In this document: positions 46,088 through 59,001 of the stretch, in pieces
How the letters are laid out: every line of letters begins with the position of its first letter
How positions within the stretch are numbered: the first letter of the stretch is position 1
Assembly (NCBI GenBank): GCA_043228905.1
Contig: JBHGNT010000016.1
Span: 9,610,001 to 9,674,000 of the forward strand
Reading direction: 5' to 3'
From: Azolla caroliniana
Lineage: Eukaryota; Plantae; Polypodiophyta
Length of the DNA: 64,000 bases
Position numbers and translations under genes: made by a program
The notes under the pieces: generated by a model
Seen by the model: only the letters and a program-made list of their open reading frames with translations
Database searches by the model: none
What the model was told of the DNA's origin: nothing

Positions 46088-49000
46088 TGTTGAAGCGGCA
46101 AGCTCAACTGGAGCCGGATCGGCTGAATAAACCTGAGCCGACAAGCGAGACGGATCGGTAAGCTGGCAAGCAACAGAGCCGGTGAGCCGGGGAGCCGGTT
46201 AGCTGGGTCCAATTGGTAACCGGAAGCCTAATATTAGTTTACACTACTAGGCAATTATAGTCTCGTAGTAAGTGTCAGAAGCTCGTGTGAGCATTGAAGT
46301 ACGCGGTACTTCTGTCAGTCCCATGAGGACTTGTATAAATAGTGCTACTGTGCACAATTGTATATGACATAGGCATATATCGTTTTTGAATATAGCTTTT
46401 ACGTTCTGCTCTCTTTGTCTCTCCCGCATACTCTGTGTATTCCCTACTTTCTCTGTTTCTAACGCTTCCACAAGTAATCGTTTACATGGTATCAGAGCGC
46501 GAGGGTTGAGAACCTCCTCTGCAATCGACAAATGCTTGAAAGCAAACCCTAACAGGTCGAAGAACAGCAGACAGAGAAGTGATGGATAGAGGGATGGCTA
46601 ACTCGACAGATTCAACTATGCATCTTGGTCGTATAAGATGCACCAGTACCTACTTGGGCATGGCTACTGGAGTTTCGTCGAAGGAGCCAACGAAACAACA
46701 CCTGATGCGGCACATAAGGACTTCCCAGTGTGGGAACAATCGGCAAGCAGAGTGATGTACTGCTTCGCGTTAGGTGTCCGAGACCAGCTGCTGAGCCACA
46801 TCCGAGACGCCAAGATGCCGAAGGAGGCTTGGGGGAACCTGAAGAAGGTGTTCGCCGCGAGCACAACAACCCGGAAGCTGCAACTCCAACAGGAGTTGAG
46901 CAATGTCCAACATAAGGACATGTCAGTGGTGGATTACACGGCCCGGATCAAAGAGATCTGTGACTCACTTGCCTCTATCAACGTTACCGTAGAGGAAGAC
47001 GAGATGGTACAGGTCTGTCTTCGGGGCCTAGCGTCGAAGTTCAGAGCGTTCCGAACAACGGTGTGTACAAGGGAGAATATGACGTCATTTTTCGACTTAC
47101 AGTCGATGATCCTTGTAGAGGAGAACCACGCTGGTGCGTCAACTAGCGTACCCACTGACAGCCGGATGTTGTACACGGAGGCGGATCGGTCCCGTGGGCG
47201 TGGTGGATGAGGTGGGTCGCCGCGCAATGGAGGCAGCCGGCAAGAGCAAGAACGAAGGCACAGAGAACGTGCCGACAGCAGTTCCGGGACCTCCATCGGC
47301 AGGGGGACTCAAGGCGGTGCCAAAGGCCGGCAAGACAAATATGCAACGGAATGCCGGAGGCCGGAGGCTGGCAAAAAGGGCCACAGAGAAAGAGAGTGCT
47401 GGAGAAAACACGCCCATTCGGACAAATCCAGATATGGCAAGGCCGGCAAGGATGGCCGTCAAAGCTCGCACTACGCGAAGGGATTGGGAGGATCCAAGAA
47501 CGGTAACGGGACAACCTTGGTGATGAAGCACGAGGCGAACTCGATGAAGAAGACCACTTCCAAATCGGACGAAGTGTGGTATGTTGATTCCGGTGCGTCG
47601 AACCACATGACGAACCACAAAGAGTGGTTCTCCTTTTTGGAGAAACCAGATCAACCAAGAGTAGTTGAAACCGGAGACGACACTCCTCACCCAATTGTGC
47701 ATGTCGGAGAAGTCCCTTTGAGCCACGTTGGACAAAAGGCGAAGCTGATGAATGTATTACACGTTCTGACGATCACGAAGAACCTAGTGTCGGTCGGACA
47801 GATCCTCAACCAAGGGATGCAGGTGCGGTTTACGCAACTCGGGTGCTTCATCGAGGAAGAGGGCAAGATTATTGCGCAAGGGCGCAGAGACGGGAGGATG
47901 TTTATCCTCGACACCAATGACGTCGGCACCACTCTGTTTGCAAAAGGACAGAAGGTCGAATTGGACATCGACCTGTGGCACAAGCGGATAGGCCACGTCA
48001 ATTACCGAAGGCTTCAAGACCTGCAAACGAAACAAGTTGTTTTCGGTCTGCCGAAGTTTAGTGGCCGAAAGGCCCAAGTATGTGAAGCCTGCCAACTCGG
48101 GAAGCAACATCGGCTTCCATTCCCCACCGAACGTAACCAGAGCTGTAACAAGCTCGACCTTATCCATTCGGATGTGTGGGGACCGGCACAGATTGTTAGT
48201 CTTGGCGGGAGTGGATATTTCATCTCCTTCATCGACGACTATACGCGACATACATGGATCTACCTCATTGAGCGGAAGAGTGAAGTCTTTGAGTGTTTCC
48301 GGAGTCTCCAAAGCATGGTGGGACAGGAATCGGAGAGGAATATGAAATGCATGTGGTCGAATGGCGGAAAAGTCTACTTTTCCGGCCAATTCAACAGTTA
48401 TCTGCAGCAAAAGGGAATTCGGCGAGAGTTTAGCTGCAGATACACACCGTAACAAAACGTTGTTGCCGAAAGGAAGAGTCGGTCGCTTATTGATGCAGCA
48501 AAGGCAATGCTGGAGGAGAAGAGCATGCCCAAATTCTACTGGGCGGAGGCAGTCCGAACAATTGTCTACATCCAAAACCGGATCGGTGACAAGGTGTCAG
48601 CTCACGAGTTGTATTTCGGGCACAAGCCAAATTTGAGACACCTTAAGATCTTCGGTAGCATTGCATATGTGCATGTACCGGAAGAGAAGCGGAGGAAGCT
48701 GGATGCAAAATCGGAAAAATGCATCCTAATCGGCTATGCTCAAGGGCAGAAGGGTTATAAGTGTTATAACCCCCAGACAAAGCAGGTCCGAGGTAGTTGA
48801 GATGTCGAGTTCGATGAATCGGCATCGTGGTACTCCTTACCGACTTCGACTTCCGAATCCGACCCAGTGCCGGTGGATGAGGCTAGTGATCCTGAACCGG
48901 CCCAAGTAGAGGATGATGAAGCGTGGACTCAAGATGAGAGTCCGAAATCGTTCTGGTTGGGCGGGCCGAACAAGAGATTGAGTCAATCTGACCAGTCCAA

Positions 49001-50841
49001 TGAGGAACCGGCGAGTAGTGGAGACTCTGCCTTGCACTCCCTGCGCAAGGAACCGAGGATACGGTTCACGCGCAAAGAGAAGGGGAAGAAGAAGATGCCG
49101 GAATTTGAAACCGGCAACGATGAGTCGGATTGGTGTGCATCCGACTCTGGCAAGGAGAAAGGCCGATCTTCGGCAACGAAGACCGAACCGGCCAAAAAGG
49201 GCCTCAAACCGGGTAATAGTGAGTTACGTCGGTCCACCGCCAGAAGGATCCTGTCAAGCGGTACGGGTACAATGAGTACATGGCGCATGACTATGCGTAC
49301 ATGACTAAGATGGCGAAAGTGCGTGAGCCGGAGAGCTACGCAGAAGCGGGCAAGGACGCAAATTGGCGTGCTGCTATGGAAGAAGAAATGCGGGCACTTG
49401 ATGTCAACAAGACATGGGACCTGGTTGACCCTCCTCGTCACTGTAAACCGATCGGATGCAAGTGGATATACAAGGTAAAGTACAACGCCGACGGTTCTGT
49501 TAACCGGTATAAAGCCCAGTTAGTGGTGAAGGGATACGCGCAGACCCACGGAATCCACTACGATGAGACCTTCGCTCCGGTAGCAAAGATGACGACGGTT
49601 CGTGTGGTGCTGGTGGTTGCTGCAACAAGGGGGTGGCATCTTCACCAGATGGATGTGAAGAATGCGTTTCTTCAAGGTGATCTTGAAGAAGAAGTCTTTA
49701 TGACTCAACGCCCCGACTTTGAATCGGAGATGAACAAGTCGGCGGTATACCGGCTGAAGAAGGCGTTGTACGGCTTGAAGCAAGCCCCTCGAGCTTGGAA
49801 TGCGAAGATCACGCACCGGTTGCGTAAGATGGGGTTGGTGGCCTCCAAATCGGACTCTTCATTGTTCATCCGGCAAGGCTCAGCCGGTACGGTATGTATA
49901 CTGCTGTATGTTGATGATCTAGTCATCACCGGACCAGGAGTTCCAGAAATCAACTGCGTCAAGTCCCAATTGTCGGACGCATTTGAGATGAAGGATCTAG
50001 GGGACCTTCATTATTTTCTAGGGATCAAGGTGATCCGAACCCTGGACGACATATTGCTCTCACAACGACATTACGTCTTGAATATGCTGTACAAGTTCGG
50101 CATGACAGAATGCCGACCTGTCTCCACACCCTTGGACCGGAACCAGAAGCTTCATCCCAACTCCGGACCGGCCTGCAACGAGCAACGGTTCTGATAGATT
50201 GTCAGAAGCCTTATTTACTAGATTATCGCACGACCCGACATCAGCTATCCGGTCAGAATGATAAGTCAGTTCATGCAGAAGCCGACCGTGGAGCACCTTC
50301 AGTGCGCGCAAAGGATATTGCGGTATGTCAGTGGCACGAATGACCGGGGCCTGTTATACCAGCGCGGTATACCGGAAGAGCTCGTCGGTTACACAGATGC
50401 CGACTGGGCCGGCGATGCATCAGATCGCTGATCAACCTCTGGTTACATGTTTTCCCTAGGTAGCACGGTTGATGCGTGGAGCAGCAAAAAGCAGCCAACA
50501 GTTGCTCCGTCGAGCACTGAGGCTGAGTATCGGGGCGCTACCATTTCCACCTGTGAAGCCATCTCGCTTCGGCGACTGTTGGAAGACTTACGGATCGAGG
50601 TACCGACCCCGATTCTGGTCTACTGCAACAACATAAGCAGCATGCAACTCACCAAGAACCCTTTCTTCCATGCTCGCACGAAGCACATAGAAGTGCATTA
50701 TCACTTTGTGTGTGAGCGGGTCCTGAGCGGTGAAGTTGAAGTACAGTATGTTCACATGGATCGGCAAGTAGCCGACATCTTCACCAAGCCGCTCGGATTG
50801 GACAAGTTGCAGCACTTCACCGAAATGCTTGGTATTCAGCA
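46088..50841 (+). mobile_element. Ty1/Copia element G (5' LTR 46088-46486, gag-PR-INT-RT-RH degenerate), 3' end lost
   Basis: TGTTG...TTACA LTR, PBS TGGTATCAGAGC 46487-46498, WYVDSGASNHM, QMDVKNAFLQG, LLYVDD, RTKHIEVHYH. Confidence 0.92.
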
Positions 50842-53800
50842 AAGGCATATTTATACTAATATGACTTTTTGGCTATTTACAAATATAGCCCCAATGGACT
50901 CTCAGAAACATATTTACGAATATGTCCCTTCATCCGGTGAGCACTCCTCACCAAGCCTGCATCATCCGGCTCTTGTCGGGCACTCGTCATTCGGTTCTCA
51001 CCGAGCCTTCACCATCTGGCTCTTGCCGGGCACTCGTCATCCAGTTCTCACCGGGTCTTCCATTGTCGGGTACTCCACATCCGGTTCTCACCGGGTCTTC
51101 CGTTGCCGGGTACTCCACATCCGGTTCTCACCGGGGCTTTCGTTGTCGGGTACTCCACATCCGGGTCTCACCGGGTCTTCCGTTGCTGGGTACTCCACAT
51201 CCGGCTCTCACCGGGTCTTCCATTGTCGGGTACTCCACATCCGGTTCTCACCGGGTCTTCCGTTGCCGGGTACTCCACATCTGGTTTCCCATCCGGAGGG
51301 ACTTGTTTCCTAACAAACTCCCCCTTCACTCCAGCATGGGATGTCTTACTAGTCCGATCCGCTTCCGCCATGCATCCAGCTTGTCGGGTACCAGTACTTT
51401 GGTTAGCATATCTGACCCGTTCTCGGCCGTGTGGATCTTCGTCAGCGCGAACTTCTGGTCATCTACTCTTTCCCAGATTCAGTGATACCTTCGTTGGATA
51501 TGCTTCGTCCGGGAATGGTAGGTCGCATTCTTAGCAAGGTGGATGGCACTTTGACTGTCGCAATAGAGCCGATGTTCATCTTGCTGGATACCGAGCTCTC
51601 CGATGAAGTCCTTCATCCATAATATTTCCTTGTCGGCTTCCACAGCCACCATGTACTCCGCCTCCGTGGTTGAGAATGCAACCTTCTTCTGCAGCCTCGA
51701 CTGCCACGAAACAGCTCTCCCTGCATATGTCATTACATACCCGGATGTAGACCGGCTGGTATCCACATCAGCCGACATGTCCGAAACGATGAAACCATCA
51801 AGTGGAGGTTTTCCGAAGCCGAATCAGAGACACATATTTGAAGTGCCCTTCAAGTATTGGAGTATCCATTTGACCCCGTTCCAGTGCTCCTTGTCGGGAT
51901 TGCTCATAAATTGGCTCACCACTCTGACTGCATATCCTATATCCGGTCAGGTACACACCATTGCGTACATTAAGCTCCCGACGGTAGAGGCATTTGGAAC
52001 CTTCATCATATCAGCCTTCTCTGCTTTCGTCTTTGGGTTTTGCTTACCGGATAGTTTGCAGTTTGCCGGGAGTGTCGATCCGACCGGTTTCGCTTTGTCA
52101 CGTACTTCTCCTGTGACAGCCACAATTGCTTCGTTGGCCGGTTCCAGATGATATGCATCCCCAGCATCTGTCTTGCCGGACCCAAGTCTTTCATCGCGAA
52201 AGTTCGGTTGAGAGTCTTCTTCAACATCCGTATTCTGGCTTGGTTCCATCCGACGATCAACATGTCGTCCACGTACAGAAGGAGTATCAGGAAGTCGCCT
52301 CCATCGAACTTCATCACAAACACGCAGTGATCGGCCTGCGTCTTGTGGTACCCTTGATCGGTCATGAAGGAGTCGAAATTCCGGTACCATTGTCGGGGAG
52401 CCTGCTTCAGTCCGTACAGGTTCTTCTTCAACCGGCAAACTAGGTGCTCCTTCCCTTTCTCCATGAATCCTTCCGGTTGCTGCATATAGATCTCCTCTTC
52501 GAGGTCACCGTGAAGGAATTCCGTCTTCACGTCCAGCTGCTCTATCTCGAGGACCATGCTTGCCGCTATACTCAGCACCGTCCGGATGGAGGTCATCTTT
52601 ACTACCAGGACAAATACCTCGTTGAAATCCACGCCCTTCTTCTGCTGGAACCCCTTCACCACGATCCTGGTTTTGTATCTCGGGGGGTTGCCGACATCTC
52701 CCGGTTTCAACTTGTACACCCACTTGTTTTGGAGTGCCCGGGTTCCTTTAGGCAACTCCACCAATTCGTACGTATGGTTCTCGTGCAAGGAATCCATCTC
52801 ATCTTGCATGGCACTTAACCATTTACGGCTGTGGGTGTCATCCTTCGCTTCTTCGAAGCTTTCTGGCTCCCCCTCATTGGTTAGCAACACATGCTCTGCA
52901 TCCGGAAATCTCCGAGGGGCCCTTCTCTCTCTGAGAGGATATCTCCATCTTTGGGCTTCGGTAACCACCTCCTCCATTTTCTCTTCATCTGAATCCAATT
53001 CGGGGTCTTGGCCAGTTCCGGTTTCAGCTTCCTCTACTTCTTCTGCCGGTTCGGTATCCTCACCGTAACCGGCTGGTTCCTCGAGTGCTAACCGGTCTCT
53101 TGCCGGTTGGGTCTGCTCATCGTAGAATCGATCCTTACCGGTCGACTCGGAATTCATTATCTTCTTCTCCGACTCCCAGTTGGCGAGCGTCTTGTCCTCC
53201 ATGAAGATAATATCTCGACTCCAGAATACCTTCTTGTCGACCAGGTCCCACACTCGGTAGCCGAACTCATCGTCGTCGTAACCGAGGAATATGCATGGCC
53301 GGGTCTTCGGATCTAGTTTTCCTCTCCGGTCCTTAGCTACATGCACATACACAAGACACCCGAATACCTTCAGATGCCGGTAGGACACTTCCTTACCGGT
53401 CCAGACTCTCTGTGGCGTGTCTCCATCCAAGGGTACTGAGGGTGATTTGTTTATCACATATGTCGTCGTCGACAGTGCCTCGGCCCAAAACTTCTTGGGT
53501 AGTTTTGCATGCGTCAGCATACTCCGGACCCTCTCCATTATGGTCTTGTTCATCCTCTCAGCCAGCCCGTTTAGTTCCGGCGTCTTCGGCACGGTAAATT
53601 CGATCCGGATTCCCTTCGAGTGACAATATTGCTCGAACTGCCCCCGGTATTCACCTCCATTATCTGCTCGAACCGCCTTCAGCTTCTGGCCGGTTTCTCT
53701 CTCCACTCTCGCGTGGAGCTCTTTGAAGACGGATAACACCTGATCCTTCGTCTTCAACGGTGTGGCCCATAGCTTCCGGTTGTGGTCATCTATGAACGTC

Positions 53801-56119
53801 ACAAAGTTCTCCGATCCGGCATGTGACTTCGTGTCCACTTGACATACATCAGTATGCACCAACTCTAGTGGTGCATTACATCTCATCGGTGGCCTCGATT
53901 GGAAGGAGGTCCGGTTTTGTTTACCGGCCAGACAATCAGTGCACTTCTCCAAGTGCATGTTCTTCACTGGAATGAGGTTGTCGTCTGAAAGCCTCTTCAT
54001 CCCCTTCTCGTTCATGTGACACAACCTCTTGTGCCACAGCTCACGGGCAGTGTCAGATGCTACATTCACTTCTCCCGGGCATAACCAGGCATTCATCAAG
54101 TACAACGTGTTGACCTTCCGGGCCCGAGCCACAATTAGGCCCCCTTTGCTGAACTTCATAACACCATTCCGGATGCTACCCATGTAGCCTTCATCATCTA
54201 GCCGACCAGCTGATATTAGGTTCAAACGAACCTCCGGAACGTGTCGGACATCCTTCAGTAGCAGCTTGCATCCGGTTGGCGTTGTCAACCACATGTCTCC
54301 TATGCCGACAATTCGGCATGTACCTTCATTCCCCATCCGGACACGGCCATGATCACCGGCTGAGTAGGATGAGAAGTATTTTCGGTCCGGGGTAAGGTGG
54401 AACGACGCTCCGGAGTCGACCACCCAGGTCATCTCGTCGCCAGCAAGTTTTAGCTCACTCTCCTTGGTGATGAGCATCAACTCTTCATCACTTGCCGCGA
54501 TTGCTGTCGTTCCCTTCCAGTCCGGCCCCCTCCGTTCTTTACCGTTTCGGTTCGGTGTCCGCTTCGAATCGGTGTCGTCGGTTTCCTTGTCCTTTCGAAA
54601 GTGCCGACAGTGTTTCTGGAAGTGTCCCGGCTTGCCGCAATAGAAGCAGGTAGGCCTCCCCCTTGACTTTGACCATGTCCCCGACTTCTCCCGGTTCTGG
54701 GGACTACGGTTCCTTTTTCTTCCACGTTCCGATTCGGTAAGGAGCGCTTTGGAGTCGGAGCTCGTATCCTTATCCTTCCGACGCGCCTCCTCATCTAGCA
54801 AGCTCGACTTCACTCTTGCTAGGGATAACTGTTTCCCTTCCGGCCTGGCGTTGCCCAAAGTGACAACCAACGTCTCCCAGCTATTTGGGAGGGAACCGAA
54901 TAGGAGTAGTGCTAGTACCTCATCGGTGAGAGGTACTTCCAAAGATGTTGCTTGGTGGATCAGCCCTTGGAAGGCATTCATGTGCTCCGCCATGCTGGAG
55001 CCATCTTGGTACCGGAGTCTTACTAGCTTCCGAAATACCGAAACCTGATTGACTACATTTTTGTTCTGAAACATAATGTTGATCTTCTCCAAGAGCTCAT
55101 GAGCCTTGCTCTCTTCATTGAAGTTGTTGTATAGACTCATGTCGATGAAGCACCGTACGTACGCCGTTGTCTTCATGTGCATCACCTCCCATATCGTGGC
55201 GTCGATTTTGTCTGGTCTCTTGTCCCCGAACTGAACCGGCAACCAAAGATCTTTAACCACGAGCATGTCCCTCATCTTCGACTTCCACACCGAATAGTTG
55301 GGCGCCGTTGAGCTTGAACATGCCTCCCAACGATTCGTCCATTTTCTGTGTCGTTTCGCTCTGATACCACTTTGTCAGGAACTACACGCTCCCGATGAAC
55401 AACGCTCGACCACAACCAAGCTTAGAATCAAACACAGAAAACGGGAATGAATGCATGACACAATGGAGAGAAGAGTACACAGGATGTTTATGTGGAAAAC
55501 CCAAACACGGGAAAAACCACGACAGTCCACTAACTGCTAACTATCACTATGTAACAATATACAATAGATGAACACAGAGGCAACGACATCTTGTTCACTG
55601 TCTTCGCCACAGGCCGCGGTTACAACAGATATATGAACTCTTCGTATCTTTCTCTCTCTCTCTCTCTCTCTCTCTGTACACTGTTGCGCTCTAATCTTGC
55701 GCCAACAAGAATGACAACAACCACTTACTAAGTTTGCCCTAAGTCATATTTATACTAATATGACTTTTCGGCTATTTACAAATATAGCCCCAATGGACTC
55801 TCAGAAACATATTTACGAATAGGTCCCTTCATCCAGTGAGCACTCCTCACCAGGCCTGCATCATCCTGCTCTTGCCGGGCATTCGTCATCCGGTTCTCAC
55901 CGGGCCTTCACCATCCGGCTCTTGCTGGGCACTCATCATCCGGTTCTCACCGGGTCTTCTTTGACAGGTACTCCACATCCGGTTCTCACCGGGTCTTCCG
56001 TTGTCGGGTACTCCACATCCGGTTCTCACCGGGTCTTCCGTTGCCTGGAACTCCACATCCAGTTTGCTCATCAGTACTGTTCTTCTCACTTCCCATCCGG
56101 AGGGACCTGTTTCCTAACA
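50842..56119 (-). mobile_element. Ty1/Copia element H (5' LTR 55373-56119; truncated 3' LTR 50842-51315)
   Basis: PBS TGGTATCAGAGC (55358-55369, minus strand), PPT AAGGGGGAGTT (51316-51326), 40-bp tandem repeats in the LTRs. Confidence 0.93.
51350..55342 (-). pseudogene. pol: gag-pol of H: 1094-aa open frame (gag-PR-INT-RT), then a small frameshifting deletion near 52092 before the RT end and RNase H
   Basis: CFYCGKPGHFQKHC, WVVDSGASFH, LVHTDVC, LLLYVDD, STTEAEY, RTKHI. Confidence 0.9.
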
Positions 56120-56650
56120 ACTATGGTAGTAGTTAATTAGCTTCCACTTAGCTAATTAGCTACTCAGCTGAAGTTGGTAGTAGCTAATTAGCTTAGCTAC
56201 TGTACTAAACTATGATAGTAGCTAACTAGCTACCACTTAGCTAATTACCTACTCAGTTAAAGTATGGTAGAAGGTAATTAGCTACCACTTAGCTAATTAG
56301 CTACTGCACTAAACTATGGTAGTAGTTAATTAGCTACTGAGCTAAAGTATTGTAGTAGCTTATTAGCTACCACTTAGCTAATTAGTTACTAAACTAAACT
56401 GTGGTAGTGTATAATTAGCTACTGTATTAAACTATGGTAGTAGTTAATTAGCTACCACTTTAGCTACTTAGTTACTCAACTAAACTATGGTAGTTGCTAA
56501 TTAGCTACCGCTTAGCTAATTAGCTACTTTACTAAATTATGGTAGTAGCTAATTGGCTACCACTTAGCTAATTAGCTGCTCAGCTAAAGTATGGTAGTAG
56601 CTAATTAGCTACCACATAGCTAATTAACTACATGTTAGGTAATTAGCTAC
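56120..56650. repeat. TAGCTAATTAGCTA palindrome array, right part of the second array
   Basis: Same unit; continuation of 45830-46087 across the G/H block. Confidence 0.9.
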
Positions 56651-59001
56651 TACACTACAACCATAATAGCTAAATAGTTTGCACACTTTATACAACCTAC
56701 CTAATTAGCAAAGATGGAACTAATTAGCGACACTATGGTCACAAGCAATAGTTTTACCTATGTGTTTCTTCCACTCATCTGGGAGAGCTATACTACAATC
56801 CCCCAAACAGAATGCCGCAATGCGACAAGCAGATTGAAAACAAACGATATGGTATGTGTGTTGCCATGGTTGTAGGTGAACCAACAGAGTAGTAGATTTG
56901 TCCTCTACACGTAATTCACAAGCAATACAACGTGCTTGAATAGTCAATATATCGTTTCATGGTTCTCCTTCATTTGGTAAGGGAGCAAGAATGTTCAGGT
57001 CTAATTCTTGTCAGCTCCTTAACATCCCCTCCGCAAAATGTAGCTGCTTCTTAAGGCAGCGAACTACCTGTTCTTGACGGGAGTATTGTTCCTTCAACGC
57101 AACCGAGTTTACCAATTAATTATTCCTTAATGAGGAAGATACAACAACAAGAAACAAGAATCATTAACTTACTTGTAGATTTTCCAAATTGTCATTAGCG
57201 ACAGTATTTCCACCTAGAAGGTCTAGGTTCATTGAAAGAACCTGGATCTCTGTTTGCAGTTGAATTTTCCACTAGGGATCTAGCGACCCTCAAATTCAAG
57301 TTCATGTTGAGCAACCTATTCTAGATAATGCCTCAATAGCAAATTTTGATGTACAAGTTATTTATAACATATTACATATTAGCAAAACAATAGGTACCTG
57401 AATCTTATTTCTGATTGTTGTAACTGCCAAAGTGACTTTGCTCTCCATCGCAACAACCAATGTTGCTTTCTCTAAATCAGTCTTAAAAAACTCCAATGTC
57501 TCATAGGCTCCATTGACATTTTTTAGCATATAGCTAATCAATGTCTCACTTGTATCATCGACATTGACTTTCATTATGTGTCGGTGTGGCGCATACTTGC
57601 AGGTTTGTTGGGAGTCAGCAGTTGCATCATCAACTGCCATGCTCCAAAATCTTGCCATTTTTTGTTGCAAGCTCCCCATCTTTCGACATCTTTCTATCGA
57701 TGCCTCACCATAAATTGCCCAAGCTATCCTGTACATTCAAGGTCACGAGACTCCTTTGTTGGTTTGCAATAATCGTATGCAAAAGCTTTGGCAAATGAAA
57801 TGGACAACTCATTGTTGACTGGGATCTCTTGATGTACTTTTTGGTGCAGTGTCATGCAATCGTCGTACAAGTCCGTTCGTACATGCTTGAGCTTGACCTT
57901 GCCTTTCACTCTAGGCACTTTATATACTGACATCCAATCTACATCACTAATCAATCTATTTGTTTGAACAATATGGTCAATACCCTCGAGCAATAGACCA
58001 TATATGTTGTGAAAGTCCTCATTTGTCTCGCAAAATTTTGCGAAGTTCAGCACTCTAGGATAGGGATGAACAAGCCACCTGAAATAGAAAATCAATAATC
58101 AGAATATGTGCAAAAACAGAATTTTTAATGTGAATTTGGTGCAAAATTACAACACTTTGAGAGACTAATATGAAATTTGTAATCTTTCCTTTACAACATG
58201 TATCAGAAATCAACCACTTAAACAATCAGAAACCCTAATCAGAATTTGTCATGAGAACTGGTGCAAAATTACAACACATTGCGACAGTAATTAGAAATTT
58301 GTAGTAAAAAATTTGTTATTAGATATTTGTAACCAGGAACTTGTAATTTGAAATTGGTAATCAGAAACCCTAAACCACTTAAGGGAAACACAAACCCTAA
58401 TCATGCAGAAATCAACCGTACTACGAAATTTTGTCAATCAGAAACACACCTGTTGCACCCTGATCTTCGAGACATCCTTGTTCAGGACTCCAACGACTTT
58501 GCCCTATTTGATTTTTGGGAAAGATGAACAGGCACCAAAGTTGTAGACAGTTATCAGAAAGGATTTTTATTTTATTTTAATATGTAACTAATACATACCT
58601 GGACGAGGATCGACTTGCTCGTGTGTTGTAGCTCTGAAGGTGCAATGTCGATCTTAGAGTTTATGTGCTCCTGCGGGTGCTTCGTCTACTTTTATGCTCA
58701 GAGTACTCCATCTATTTGGAGTTCGAACTCGAACTCAGGATTATCAAGAATTTGATGACATTCAAGTCGACCTTAGATGACGGCACTATTCCCCATGTTC
58801 CACTACGTTAGAAACCAAAGTTCAAATATTTGAGCATTCTCATAAATTAAATGACATGTATTTAACTAATAAAACATAAAATTTTGTAAACCATCCTTAT
58901 GATTTTCTCACAAAAAACTAGCAAAACAAATAGCTAATTAGTTGTGGCCATTTTAGTAGCTAATTAGCTATAATAGTGTTTCCACTCGCATGCTTTTACC
59001 C

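Larger units (their letters stand above)
44042..58475 (-). pseudogene. Multi-exon cargo gene of the Sola2-like element: unknown N-terminal domain, RING-like finger, FCP1/NIF-like HAD domain
   Basis: Putative start MSRRSGCN at 58475; exons near 57397-58078, 56700-57330 (CIAC...QHTYHIVC...C) and 44042-45449 (LILELDKVL, FLEW..YFDLFFWS, YNADNTLILD); GT-AG boundaries visible; exon joining is inferred. Confidence 0.6.
35302..59001 (+). mobile_element. Sola2-like TIR DNA transposon (about 9.7 kb native, expanded by nested LTR elements)
   Basis: 25-bp TIR GGGTAAAAGCATGYGAGTGGAAACA at 35302-35326 and inverted at 58977-59001; encloses a Sola2-type transposase; no TSD. Confidence 0.8.

Noticed and set aside
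50922-51534. Repetitive-peptide ORFs (also 35621-36160, 32331-32792)
   Set aside because: Translations of stop-poor tandem repeats in LTR or leader DNA
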